Shown here piece by piece: positions 37,700 to 51,690 of a stretch of 64,000 nt of DNA (position 1 is its first letter; the number at the start of each line of letters is the position of its first letter). Below the pieces are notes generated by a model that made no database searches, was not told where the DNA came from, and worked only from the letters and a program-made list of their open reading frames with translations. The DNA comes from Tubulanus polymorphus (lineage: Eukaryota; Animalia; Nemertea): contig NC_134031.1 in NCBI RefSeq assembly GCF_964204645.1, positions 3,658,001-3,722,000 of the forward strand, written 5' to 3'. The position numbers and the translations under genes were made by a program.

Positions 37700-38025
37700 A
37701 AGAACTGCTGACCAGTAGATCAATAGAACTGCTGACCAGTAGACCAATAGAACTACTGACCAGTAGACCAATAGAACTACTGACCAGTAGACCAATAGAA
37801 CTGCTGACCAGTAGACATAAGCTACTGACCAGTAGACCAATAGAACTACTGACCAGAAGACCAATAAAACTTCTAACCAGTAGACCAATAGAACTGCTGA
37901 CCATTAGACATAAGCTACTGACATGTAGACCGATAGAACTACTGACCAGTAGACCAATAGAACTGCTGACCAGTAGACATAAGCTACTGACCTGTAGACC
38001 AATAGAACTACTGACCAGTAGATCG
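37700..38025. repeat. 24-bp (21-bp variant) minisatellite ctgaccagtagaccaatagaacta
   Basis: Directly visible. Confidence 0.95.
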
Positions 38026-38902
38026 ATAGTTAAACCAGTAGTTCACTTGGTCAGTGGTTATACAGCTTATTATATTTTGCGTAACAAGAGTAAAGGGAAT
38101 GGAGTTCTAACACCGGAATCGGGTAAGAAAATTGAAACTTATAGGACAAAGTTTTGGATGCTACGATAATGAATTATTCATCGGAGAAACCGTTAGATTT
38201 TTCTGCAGACGGATCGATTTCACGAAAGCAAGTTGAAACGCGTTAAAAAATTCATTTCGAAAAAGAGGAGATATTTTCATCGCTAAAGTAAACTGACACA
38301 CCCATATCACATGCATCTTTTCATCGAATCCGACACACGCGCGTGCATGAATATAGAACAAAAAATCCGGTTGAATTATGAAATATCCGTTCGACGGCTC
38401 TGACGGTTCTGTGGGCGTGTGCGGTGAGTGTCGAGGGAGGAAGTCGTGTAGAAACCTGGTCGCGATTCACGCGATGTCGCGTTTAAAACGTTGTATTCCG
38501 TTCAACCCTTTCCTGTCGCATAGCGCCAGGCTTCTTCACAGAGAGTAAGGTGCTGATCTCTAAATACTAACTGAAAATTGTAAGACTAACTGAAGATCGT
38601 ATTTTTATGCAGTGGGAAATTGATGATTTCACAAAGAAGGGGGTTCTTAGGATGAAGTAGTCATTTTTGGCCATTCAGTTGTTTAGCAACTCAATCGTAA
38701 CCTTACAAGTGGATACACATTATACTTCATTAAAATGAAGTCTAGTTTTAGCCTCCCACATCCAAATCATGTATCTACCAGTTTAAACCTTTCGGGCTCA
38801 GTTATGTGTTAATCATTAAATTTAAGAAAATCATGGATAGATAAAGAAAAGAAACCCAAAAATCGTACCCTAATGCATTCTAGCATCACCTGGTGGATCC
38901 AA

Positions 38903-39417
38903 ACTACTGTCTGTCACACATGCTCTTCGTGCGACGTTTTGGTCCGTAATTTCGTTAATAATCGGTTGATCTGTAAATATTATGCATCAATTTGTTCAGT
39001 AAGGAATTTGCATTCAGAAATAAATCATGAACTGGCAGAAATTTGTTTGTGTTTTCTTCTATCAGCGATAGTTTACCTAGCATACGCTCGCGTAATGCTG
39101 AAAAACGGCTTTTATGGCCCGTCACGTGGCGCCACCTACTGTATTTTGATATGCTAATGAGCACTGTAATGTACTGTACGTCACTGTAACGTTTCCGAGC
39201 GTCCGCGGAGCGGATTTTTCAGCATTACGCGAGCGTATGCTGAGTAAACTATCGCTCATAAATGAAAACAAAAACAACTTAAGTGAAAATTGTTGTTTAT
39301 TTCTGAATGCAAATTCCTCACTGAACAAATTGATGCATAATAAAGGAAGATAAACCGATTATTAACGAAATTACGGACCAAAACGTCGAACGGAGAGTAG
39401 GTGTGACAGACAGTAGT
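38903..39417. mobile_element. Foldback-type element with long (~200 bp) imperfect inverted repeats
   Basis: Left arm actactgtctgtcacac...gcattcagaaataaa is the reverse complement of right arm tttatttctgaatgc...gtgtgacagacagtagt; TA flanks CTGTCTG...CAGACAG. Confidence 0.8.
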
Positions 39418-39439
39418 CGTAAGTGGAATCTTCTTGCCT

Positions 39440-39640
39440 ATACTGCACAGTAGCGACACCCAATGGATCCTCACTAACCACAGATGGAATCTTCAATTTC
39501 TGCAGCAGTCAATGTCCTACTGCACACTAGCAACACCTGGTGGATCCTCGCTTGCCACAGATGGAATCCTCAATTGCTGTAGTAGTCAATGTCCTAATGC
39601 ACACTAGTGACACCTGGTAGATACCCGCTTGCCACAGGTG
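39440..39640. repeat. ~76-bp tandem repeat containing cactagcgacacctggtggatcc; dispersed copies at 1-40, 2661-2710, 6405-6440, 36894-36925 and 38880-38900
   Basis: Directly visible shared motif. Confidence 0.8.
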
Positions 39641-42600
39641 AAATAAAAAACAATAAGGCCGTTGTCGTCGAAATTCCCATTCCGGAGCTGATCAAACTCG
39701 GCTTAAGCCGCCGACTTAAAATATCGCTTCAACGTTCGTTCACATTCTCAAAGCCGATTGATCTAGGCTTAACGGTGAGTATGAAGTACTTGTGAATGCT
39801 GTATGATACTGTGATATTAGTGTACTCCATATCCTCCCGGAGACATCGCTTGAAAGTATCCAGAGGCTCCCGAGAGACGACTAAATACGCTATTTATATA
39901 TATATATATATATGTTAAAATCCTTTTCATCAAAGTTCGAGAAGCAGTTTTCAAAGTCTATTAATCTCCGATGGGAAAGTTTTCGTTTACGCAAAGACAT
40001 TTTTCCGACGCAACGTTTAAAGGTAACCGCCGAAGAAAATGGGATTTAGTGAAGATTATTAGGCTTTAAAGTTTTGAATTTCTATGGGATTAGGAGGACA
40101 CTACTCGACTGACTAACGTGTGCGCGTACCCTCAACGGATTTCTTTCTCTTCAGTTTGATATACGGATAATGATATACCAGAAACAAAGTTTGAACTCCC
40201 CGAAAGCCGATAGTGAAAGTCCACCAGGAGCCAGCTACTAAAAAATAAGATATTCTCACAGGGGTCGGCCACTTTCCACCCATTTACAAAGTTTCCCTAT
40301 TTTCCCTGAATTATCAATATGATTACAAAATAAATTCCTAGAAATTTCTAGGTTTAAAATGTTACAATTCATTCATTTTTCATTGAATCACGTACTGATA
40401 AAGAAACACGTGGTCAATGACATATACGAATTCCCCGAGTTTTCTAGGTTTCTGGTAAGATTTGTCAAAAATCCATAGTCTTCCCTGATTGGTTCTAGAT
40501 ATTCCAGGTCAGTGGCCTCTCTGTGTCAGTAAAAAACCCGGTGTTTATTTTGGTGTCGCTTACGATCCCACCACACCTGCCAGCAATGAAACAGAGGTGT
40601 TTGATTTTGAATCCGCAAAGAAATTGAAGTAAAAAATATGCCATATTTTGAAAAAAAGACGTTGACCTTTTTTTTGTACACCGTACATTTGTTCACACGA
40701 TCGCTACCGAGACTTCACACACAAAATAGCGTCTGCCGTCGAGAAAATGGTTTCGCCGTTGGGTAAATGTATCCCCGCCGGTACGACAAGGTCTAGGTCT
40801 ACACCGCGACGACGTCCTTCGTCGTCGAATCGATCGCGAGAATGTAGCGCCCGTAACGCGTGAGTCACACGAGATAACGGCGTCAAAACAGTCACCGTGA
40901 ACACCGTAAAATTACCCGTCCACCGAGTGAACCCCGCGCGTCGGTAGCGCGCCGTGGTGTTGTGTGTAAATTCCTGAACGTTAAGTGTCTTTTTTTCCTC
41001 CTCCCGACAGCGGTAGCAGATCACACGATGAAATGGGTTTTCACAGGCAGACGTCGTCATCGCGACCTCGTTTCGTAGACACCTGTTTACTCAAACTTGC
41101 AAGAACTTTCGAAATCCATCATTTATCGCTTAAAAAAAGGCTGACTGACTCTTTTTTGCTGAATTTCATACCGAATCATGTGAACCTTGATCGGTGAATC
41201 AGTCTTTGCACTGAATTTGCCTAAATCTGTCAACCTCGGTCTCCTGAATCAAATCTTCAAAGCGATATCCACCTTGAAATGAGGACCATGCACTATCCAT
41301 ACTAATAAGGCTGAGGCAAAAGTAAGCACTTTAAAGTACCTTTTGATAGTAAAAAAGTAAGGCTGTTTAAGCACTTTTCTTATCTGGTTCCAAGGTTTCA
41401 CCGCTGAATATCCAAACAGAAGCAAAAAACCATAAAGACTAGGAGATTTTTGATAACAGTCATCCAGAAACAGCAAAACTATTAAGCATACTGATGATGT
41501 TAGTCATTTTTTCTCAGGCAATTGGAAACTTCTCGACTCAAACTTTCTCCGTCGTAACGAAGGAAAGGGGGGACGTTTTCGATTCGACATTGAACAGTGC
41601 GTATACGACGATTAGGCCGGAGTAATTGCTCGCCGGGAGCGCCGAGACAGATTCCTATCAATCCGTCGACAACCGTCATTACCTACATCTCTCGTACAGT
41701 TATATATACAGTTATAATATATATAATCATGAAATATTTGCGCCGCGCGATATAATAATGGATCGGAATGGGATCACATATGTAAACGGAAATTGACCGG
41801 TGATGTCGGATTTCAACTCGGCCATCGCTGTCGTCGTCGTGTATGCGAAATCGTCAAATTATCATCGTCTGATGATGGTCTGACTGTTGATGGCTGTCAG
41901 CAGCAATTTCAAACAGTCGACATATAGTTGAGTCTGCGGTTCTCTTGCTCAGGGTGGCCACTTTTCTTCGACGTGATTTCCCCCCTGACTATTCCCTTAC
42001 ATGACATGTACATTGTTATTCCTGACTTGAGCTGCGTAGTAACGTTGACCCAAAACGCACCTCTAGCCATCGTCATTGTACTTTCAAGCACCTAGTAAAA
42101 GTATAAGTTCTTTTTAAGCACTTGTAAGCCAAAAGTGACACTTTTTTTATCATTAAAGACTGCAGCCCGTTCGTATTTACGGTCCTGGTCCATAACATAT
42201 CTTGTCCCAAAAAATAATTTGGCATTTGAGATATCGAAAGTCATATGTGAGCACTTTATAAGCACTATTTGAAATGTTTATGAATAATGTACACTTTTTA
42301 AGGGCCTAAGTTTTCTTTTGAAAGCAAGCATTTTCAAGCACTTTGGAGCCTGAAAGCACTTTGGAGCCTCTTTCGGAAGGCAGGGCCCCTGCACCCGCAA
42401 AACCATTCATTTAGATTCACTAGATACCATCGAACTCGGATATTGCTCAAGTCGGACGAATTTCCATCGTCCAAAAAGATCCGACTCGAGCGGAGTCTGC
42501 TGCGTCGACGATAGATTTCACATAATCCATCTAATCATGAGCGTACAAATCTGCTGAGCATAAATATATACGTGTAAATGAAATAGTCGATTTGTTTCTA

Positions 42601-42756
42601 TACTAGTCGAACAGACAAAGCTCGTCGGAAATTAAAACCGAATGAAATTGTCACGACGGCCGAATTTCGATGATTGTTTAATCATTCTTCGTTTCGGCGA
42701 CACAATCTCGAGGAAATGAATTACTGTGCTGCTGATGAATCAACGTCGTTATCTGC

Positions 42757-42815
<59 letters not shown>

Positions 42816-43126
42816 TAATGAATATAGGAATCGATATATAACGTGTATATTTATCAATAATATGAAGTAATGTCTGCACGCACGCACGCAATATGTAGAA
42901 ATGAGTCTAGTGTTTGTGTGTGATGAAATAAAGCGGGACGAGAAAAGACTGAAAGTAGATTCCACACGACGAAGACGACGACAGACGACAGACGCTATCG
43001 AAAATCTTTAAAAGAATCGCCGGCGAATTTAATTAGATAGAGAAATACCGAATACGAACGAACGTAATAATCGGGTCATATCTAATTGACGAAATATCGA
43101 AATTCCACGATATTTGCGAACGCATA

Positions 43127-43416
43127 AGCCGCGATCGCGCGACTGTTCACATGGGTACCAAACGGGCCGGTGCTTCTTTGGCTTGGGATAAATTTGGTCC
43201 GACCAAAAAATGGCCCGTGCCAAATTCTAGCACCGGTCAAATCATCCCATGCGAATGCTAACTGTTTCTGGATGTGACTCACCTCACTTGCCACAGCATC
43301 ATTTAGTTAGAGTATTTGAGTAATGAGCGAGTGATTTACGTGTGAACGCGCTCTCTAATTAGGCACAAGCTTAATTTGACTCAAGTCCTGATGCGGGCCT
43401 CCGTGCGATCGCGGCT
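43127..43416. mobile_element. MITE family B, full-length copy
   Basis: AGCCGCGATCGC...GCGATCGCGGCT flanked by ATA/ATA. Confidence 0.7.
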
Positions 43417-44679
43417 ATAATGAGATCTCGCGACACTCTTCGGTTTGATCGCTAACCGAGCCTAAATCTCTATAATACCTATCAGTCATGATTCCTCGAG
43501 AGAAACCAGGTAACCCTATTGCTGCGGGGCGGTATTATTACCCTAACTGTTTATCAGTCATCTGTCCCCGGGGAGAGGTAACATCTGAGCAATGTAGCAA
43601 TCATGAGTTATCTATTAGGCCAGGCTAGAATAAATGAATCGCCCACGGACACTACAGAGAATACCGTGACAGTTAAAAACCTTCTGCATAAGCCATCATT
43701 ACAGCATGGCCCAACCGTTCACACTAGTGCCAAGCGGGTCCCTGCCAGGTCAGTACGAAATTTTAGCGGGGTAAAATGATTCCATATGAATGCTAACTGT
43801 TTTTGGAAGTGACTCACCTCACTTGCCACAGCATCATTTCGTTAGAATTTTTCCTTACAACAAGTGAGTGGTTTACGTATTAATCTAATTAGGCGCGGGC
43901 TTAACGGTCTGGTTTGTGCCGGTTTGATCCGGGCCAAATCATCTCCGTATGATCACTGCTCTAGCATGCTACAATCAAATTCTCAACAATTTCTCTTCAT
44001 CGCTCCACAGATACTTGGCCAAAAAAAACTTACTAAAAAAAAAACTTAAGATTACGTGGATCAGAATAACTGTCTATTAATTGGTAGCTATCTAGCAAGG
44101 TTACATTCTCTAGTAGAAAAAGAACGGTGTACGTGGGGGGTGTGTGTTGGGGGTGTGTGGTAACTGATATAAAACGCTCATTTGATACCGATACTGAAAT
44201 TCTTTTAACACGCAACACAACAAGGCATAAACAACACGTTACGATCAGCTGCCTTGATTAATACCCGCGGGGAAGAGTTTTACCCCATTGATCCGCGCGG
44301 CGTATGATCCGTTAATCCGCGCTACTGCCTTACGAAATACCGTTTCCTAATCCGATAATCTTTATACATTTGAATACATATCGACTGTATTATCATTATT
44401 ATCGTATATCGTGGTTTCAGAGGACTGCCGGGCAAATATTCATAATCTAAGGTCAAGGTCATTGCCAATTTAAGGTCAAGGTCAATTCTACGTACACTGA
44501 AGGTCAATGTTGTGAATATTCAGCAGCCTTGAGGCCAGAAATTCGCAAGTCCTAATTTTTCACGGCCGATGATTCGAAGAAAAAGTTCACCTAGTCTGTT
44601 ACAAGCTTAAATAGTAATAGTAATTTAATTCCACTGTGATACAATGTTCAAAGGTACTATTATCTCCAGCCTATAACTC

Positions 44680-44830
44680 AACTCTAACCCTGTATCAGTC
44701 ATCTCTCCCTGGAGAGATGTAACAACCCAGCAACTACTAGGTGCTCAGAAGTCATCTATCAGGCCAGGTACCCTCCTGGGTGGAGAGAGGCAATGAGGAT
44801 AAGTGTCTGGCCTGAGGACACTACGGTAAT
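44680..44830. mobile_element. SINE-like fragment (related copy near 43540-43660)
   Basis: cctgggtggagagaggcaatgaggataagtgtctggcctgaggacac resembles conserved central domains of metazoan SINEs; family not determined. Confidence 0.4.
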
Positions 44831-47264
44831 ATACAGGCCCAAGACTTGGCTTCCCAGAGTTTAACGGATCTAAACTGTTCGCCCACATCGCCCCTAAACG
44901 ATGAAATATATTGATAAGAATAAACACTGAGTTCACTGACAAACTCAGAAATCACCTCGATGCAGGCGGCGTACATACATCCCGCATTACACGCAGGTCA
45001 CGGTTAATTTACTGTTCGACGCGAACCCACGAGGGGGATGGCTACAAATCTCGCGAACAACAAATCTGCAACATATCGTATCGATTTGCTATACGGAACA
45101 GCGCCGGAGCAATGCCGGAGGAGTCGTGACGGAGTCGCTGTCGAAGTTAAAGGGCATCCCTCGAGTTTTCACGCCGCGTAGGCATAAACACACATACACG
45201 CGAATATCAAACACAAGCACGTCGTCACGCGGTCGGTTTACTTTAGGATCTCTCCGTCGTCGTCGTCGTCAGAGAAACTCGAAATTGATTCTCCTCTGTT
45301 GAATTACTGATTCCCGAGAAATATCGATTATCTTACGTTTGTACGGATGATCTCTGGTTAGAGGGCGATTGATTAAATTAAATAGCCAGGGTTGAATTAT
45401 ACGCAAAAGTAGTCTTAATCTAAAGTACCGTATACCTGGAATGGACCAATTCAGAACAGATCAAATCAATGCAGTGCATTAAAACTTAAAACAGCTGTTA
45501 TCACTGGTCCAGCTAGATACACAACTTCGATCAACAGGTGATTGAAGCAATTCCTACACTGAGAAATGGCCCTATCTAAAATAAAGAACGGCTCTGGATC
45601 CGTTTCTCTGGTCAATTAAAATTGGTCCGTTATAGAAAATGGAACGAACGAATTTAGGACGGACTTTTGCTAGTGTAAAAGCTCGGACTAAGTTTAGAAC
45701 CTTCCTCGAACACGGAACTGGCCCCAGGTCTCTCCAAAATACTCTCTACCTATGACTCTGCACTGAAGCGGGAGAAGTGTTTCACCACACAGATTCAACT
45801 CTGACATTGAGTAAATAAAATTGTTTTTTTTGAACCTATGGAGTTCAAATTCAACGACTCTTGACTTGATGTAACTGAAAACGAACTAACTTCGACTTCA
45901 AAATTCTGATGTACAAGAAGAAATGCTGTTGACACATTTCAAGCAGTAAGGATAACGAACAATTTTTATTCGAATAAAACATACTCATCTAAAATGTTCT
46001 CATTCGAAACTCAATTGACTTTTGTCATCAACGACGACGAAATCATTAAACGACGACTTACGACGCGACATGAATTGAATTCGAAACGCGGACGGTTCGA
46101 GAGTTATTGCACGTACGCTGGCGCCACCGCCGGTCAGGGAAATAACGTCGACAAAGATCGCAGTCATTTGATGCCGATGGCGCTAAGTTCCGCAGAGAAA
46201 AACGTCTAAATGGAAGAATCGTTTCAGGTTGAGACATCAAAGCCTCCAGTCTATCATAGTCTATCGTAGTCTATCGTATCAAAAGTTTTCCGGTGATATT
46301 TTAGAAAAACGCGTTTATCGAGTAGATGAAAAGTTCTGATGTCTTTAAGTCGCTAAAAATGACGGGTATCAATATAAACCCCTGAAAAACCCCCTCAAAC
46401 ACTCACCATTCATTGTGCGAAGTATTTGAAAGTGTACTGATAAAATGTCTAACGTCTGGTGTTTGTAGTTAATTTTCAAACCAAAATGTCTCAGGGGAAA
46501 GTACTGATCACACATAAAGCGTGGATGATATAACTCATTCGAAGCATGCTGATGAAAACTTTTTCTTTGCTGATGAAAACTCATTTTTGTTTGTAATCGA
46601 GTTGTTTGTATCTATGAGCAACTCGTAGTTTGTATCAAGTGAAGTCTTGAACACACGTGAAGCTTTCATCATCACAATTCATATGAATAGCTTTATAAAA
46701 TGTCTGAAAGTGGTCCCTCCACGCTTCAGGTTGATTGTCTATACCCCTGAATTGATCTACCCAATTTTCAAACCATAAAAAAACAGCTGTAAAATGTTCA
46801 GTGCCACGTTACGTAAATTGAATCAAGTTTTATGAATTAGAAGTTAGATCTATTAGATCTACATGTATAACATATCTGTATAGAGAATTTGAACGCATCA
46901 GTTCGTCTGATTTCATTAGAAACATTACCACATGTTGAAATTGAAGCTCGAAGATTAATGAAATTCATTCAATCTAATGGGAAAACTAACGACTCCGAAA
47001 TGATTAAAGTTTAGAATTAATTAGACTAATTAGCTCGGAGTGGAGGACTTTTATACGGCAGTCAGAAATGATTAACGAGTGCGGGTTCTTAATGGACTGC
47101 ACTGAATGTCTCCTGTCTAAGTAAATGTCCATTAATACGAGATCATTCTCTACATCTCAGCTGATATAACATGCAAGCGCATTCAGATAGTAATAACAAT
47201 ATCAAGCAACCATATGTCAGAGAATTATGTACGAATTGAAAGGTAGGACGTCATGAAATTCAAG

Positions 47265-47587
47265 GCTGGATCCAGGTCATGGCTTTGTTTTAAGACCAGT
47301 CTAAGACGATCTTAGTTCTATAGCCAATCTAAGACCACCACAAATTAGTATCAGGGGCTGGTTGCATAGTCATGGCTTAGACTTAAGACCAGTCTAAGAC
47401 TAACTTAGTTCTATAGCCAATCTAAGACCACCACAAATTAGTGTCAGGGGCTGGTTGCTTAGTCATGGCTTAGACTTATGACCAGTCTAAGACCAACTTA
47501 ATTCTATAGTCAATCTAACAACTTAGGACCAGTCTTAAGATTTTAGACCACTTTTGGACTTAAGCCACAACTCTGCTACTGGCCCCA
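47265..47587. mobile_element. Family A MITE with tandemly repeated partial copies
   Basis: Repeated ggggctggttgcatagtcatggcttagacttaagaccagtctaagac units ending in ctggccccag. Confidence 0.7.
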
Positions 47588-48548
47588 GGAGTATCTGAGG
47601 GTCTTACTATCGATCCATGAAAATAGTATCCATGCAATAGGCTTTCAACCCCTTTCCTAAGTTTATGTCAAAATTGTGCCTTGGTTTTTATGGAAATTGC
47701 CCTTTTCAAAATTTTAGAAACCCCCATGATCCTTCCTGAGCCTTCCCATTGGCCATATCACCTGCGTTCCAAGTAGAAGCAATATTCTTTCTTTTTATCG
47801 TCTAGTTTTAAGATCAATGAAATCGAACTCAAGGCCAGTATCTTTTTAGAGTCGGGCTAAACCTGTTTACCGATCTCACAAATATAGAACCAGTATCTAT
47901 ACGTAAGATCAACACGAACCAGACTCAAGACTCCAAATCGTAGCCAATTTCTTCTACTGAAAGCTCGACGCGCTCAACATCGAATTCTCGCGTCTTGTAC
48001 CGATCTATTAACATTGAGCAATGCGTAACTCATACTATTAAAACTCTCCGGAGAAATTTCAACCGACCGAACACGACTAAACGTATCTAACCGCTCGCAC
48101 CGGCGGCGACCGGTATAAGACGCACATATTTAACGGGCGCGCGGAACGTGATGAAATTTTAAGAGCATTATAAATACGCATCTATCACGATTATTCAACG
48201 ACAGTTATATTTACCGACATCATTAAACGTGTTGACAGTACGACTGTTTTCAGAGTTATCAGCAAAATTCAGTAGTTTATTAACTTCGGCCCTTCGCTTC
48301 ATTCGATTCCGGATTATGACGATAAATAGCATTAATAAAAACCAACAATATCAACTTAAACAATCGTTATTGTGTTTTTTTTCTAATGTTTAGGATGAAA
48401 TGCTTCCACCAATCATCAGAGTTCAGGACTATTTGAAAATGACAGTTATAGTTACAATAGTAAGGGCTTGCTAATCAGGAACCTCTCCTGAAGAAAAATC
48501 AACGGAGGACAAAATCAGAAAAAGCCTCGACTGGTTTTACATGAACAG

Positions 48549-48686
48549 GGGCCAGTTGCACAGTCGTGACTTAAGTCCAATACTGGTCTTAAATCTTAAG
48601 ACTGGTCTTAAGTTGTTAGATTGGCTGCAGAACTAAGTTGTTCTTAGACAAGTCTTAAGTCTAAGCCATGACTATGCATCCGGTCC
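48549..48686. mobile_element. Full-length family A MITE (partial copies also near 27550-27628 and 54180-54275)
   Basis: TIRs GGGCCAGTTGCACAGTC / GACTATGCATCCGGTCC, flanked by CAG and TAG. Confidence 0.75.
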
Positions 48687-48869
48687 TAGTATCTCAACAA
48701 TTTGAAATGAGTGCGGATAATGTATTAAGCACAATGATAAAGAATGTTACTATTTTCAAAGTCGAAATGATGTATTACTAATGTCACTATAGTAACAGAC
48801 TTTTGGTGACACTACAAAATATATTTAACTGTGCCTGTAGTGTCACCAAAAGTCTGTTCTGTCTGTCTT

Positions 48870-49035
48870 TGAATTTTTTTTGTTGCATGACTTTTGTGTA
48901 GTTTGTAGTTTACTATTTTTGGTTGTATTCTTTATTATACTAAAGCTATGTGAATGCTGCATTCATACGGATCAATAAAGCTACTCAAAGCTAAAAGTTA
49001 AAAGTTAAAAGCTTAAAGCTAAAGCTAAAGCTATT
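48870..49035 (+). mobile_element. Probable LINE/SINE 3' end
   Basis: T-rich stretch, AATAAA, then an (AAAG[CT]T)n tandem tail. Confidence 0.45.
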
Positions 49036-50488
49036 TAACTATCATTTTCAAATTGAATCTGAAAATGGGTGGAAAGATTCCACCCGAAACGTAAGGAAAA
49101 AACAGTTGTTGATATATTGATATTGTGGGTTTCTCCTAGAAATAGTCTGAAATATTTACAACTATGACTGTATATGTCTATACAAGTGAGATGGGGGGAG
49201 GGGGCGTCTTAACGTCGATAAAAATGATGCGTCGTCGTCGCTGTCGTTATTTGACACATATAAACTAGCGCCGACGAGTAGAGGTTCGTTCTTGTAATCT
49301 TGTATGATTTGTTATTGATTTCACCGAGACAATCTCGTCTATTCCCGAACGAACGAACGCAGCAGCGATAGAAAATTGCTTCAAGATGATACGCAAGAAA
49401 ATTAGACTATTCCACTCTTAGTATATCTACGTAAACGGGCGTTTGCTGGGTGGATGTTCTGCTGGCTGCGGGTATATAGTAGCGCAGTCTAGCAAGACTA
49501 CAATTTGTGCCAAAGTTGAGTCTCATGATGATCTATTTAAGTGAGAGTGGATGATGGGTCTACTATTAGGCAGGGGTTTGTACTGCAGTCGAGTCTCAAG
49601 ATGTCATCAGATTTAAACCCCTATGAAGGAGAACGATGGGTCTCCTACTAGGCAGGGTTTTGTACTGCAGTCGTTTCTCATGATGTCATCAGATTTAAAC
49701 CCCAATGAAGGAGAATTATGGGTATATCATGTTCATACTAATACAGCTGGTTTAAGTCTCTGCGGAGACTAATAAAAGGTCTGCGAAGGCAGGGGCTCTC
49801 GCGATGTCATTCTGTTTGAATCCCTGGCGACCGATGTATCTGCTACGACGCGATATTGTACTGTAGATGAGTCTCGTGATGCCAACAGGTTTGAATCCCT
49901 GGCAGAATGACGATTCTGTGTGGCTGAATGTTCTAATACCATCAGGTTTGAATTCCTCGTAAGAATGATATGTTTACTAGGGCAGTACAGTTTATAGTGT
50001 AAAAGTCTCCTGAGAGGATGAATCTGCTTGGGCAGGGTTTGAGTCTCATTAAGCCATCAGGTCCCGAGGAATAATGATGGGTCAACTAAGGTGTCAACCC
50101 CGTGCGAGGTATGATGAGTCTACGAGGGATGGTGAGTCTACTATGGCAGGGGTCCTGTGGCGAAGCCTCAACTAATCTCAAATTCTCTGATATATATGTG
50201 TTCAGTTCATATAACTCATAAAGTAAATCACAATTTCCAAATGGGAAAAAAAAACAAAGTCTAAAATTTCATCAAATTTCTACCTACAATGTAAATGTTA
50301 GATGAATGAATCTAAAACGGCAGTAAAAAGAAAATTAATTAATTTTGCCGTTTCAATTTCAATCGCGGATGTTTTCATGATATTCCGTATGGAAGTCGAA
50401 ATGACACGCGAAATCAAGTCGTATTATTCAAATTTTCATCGAAATATAGACAGCAGTCGAAATGAAATAAATTGCGTCAGTTCTATTC

Positions 50489-50551
<63 letters not shown>

Positions 50552-50836
50552 GAACAGAGAGACTCATTCATAGAAATCCAACGAGCACGGATATTACGGA
50601 TATTCCCTTGTTCGATTCTATTCACATGTCGATGGCTTTAGTTACAAGTTATTATTAACGATTATCGATCGCAGTTGAAATTTAATTCACTCCAATCTAT
50701 TTCATGATGTTTCAGCAATAATTGAAATCCTGCCAGGCAGCGACAACGCACCATTACATGAAAAAAAAAACACCGGCGCTGTGGTCTAGGCGCTATCCTA
50801 AGTGGAAATGTCTTCGGGAATTAACACTGTTTCATA

Positions 50837-51690
50837 CTTCCACTCCTAGGAGCATATATCTTCTAACTAACTTCCATTCCTAAGAGCATATATCTTCTCA
50901 CTAACTTCCACTCCTTAGAGCAGATATCTTCTAACTAACTTCCATTCCTAAGAGCAGATATCTTCTAACTAACTTCCATTCCTAAGTGCAGATATCTTCT
51001 AACTAACTTCCATCCCTAAGAGCAGATATCTTTTAACTAACTTCCATTCCTAAGTGCAGACAGCTTCTAACTAACTTCCACTCCTAAGAGCAGATATCTT
51101 CTAACTAACTTCCACTCCTAAGAGCAGATATCTTCTAACTAACTTCCACTCCTAAGTGCAGACAGCTTCTAACTAACTTCCACTCCTAAGAGCAGATATC
51201 TTCTAACTAACTTCCATTCCTAAGTGCAGATATCTTCTTACTAACTTCCACTCCTAAGAGCAGATATCTTCTAACTAACTTCCACTCCTAAGTGCAGACA
51301 GCTTCTAACTAACTTCCACTCCTAAGTGCAGACAGCTTCTAACTAACTTCCACTCCTAAGTGCAGACAGTTTCTAACTAACTTACACTCCTAAGTGCAGA
51401 AAGCTTCTAACTTCCACTCCTAAGAGCAGCTTCTTACTTCCACTCCTAAGAGCAGATATCTTTTAACTAACTTCCATTCCTAAGTGCAGATATCTTCTAA
51501 CTAACTTCCACTCCTAAGTGCAGACAGCTTCTAACTAACTTCCACTCCTAAGTGCAGACAGTTTCTAACTAACTTACACTCCTAAGTGCAGAAAGCTTCT
51601 AACTTCCACTCCTAAGAGCAGCTTCTTACTTCCACTCCTAAGAGCAGATATCTTCTGACTAACTTCCACTCCTAACAGCAGACAGCTCCC
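50837..51690. repeat. 34-bp minisatellite cttccactcctaagagcagatatcttctaactaa, about 25 copies
   Basis: Directly visible. Confidence 0.97.

Noticed and set aside
37617-38169. LLTSRPIE-repeat ORFs on both strands
   Set aside because: 24/21-bp minisatellite; open frames on both strands follow from the unit length.
29150-51690. Regular tandem arrays as CRISPR candidates
   Set aside because: No unique spacers, no cas genes, eukaryotic context.
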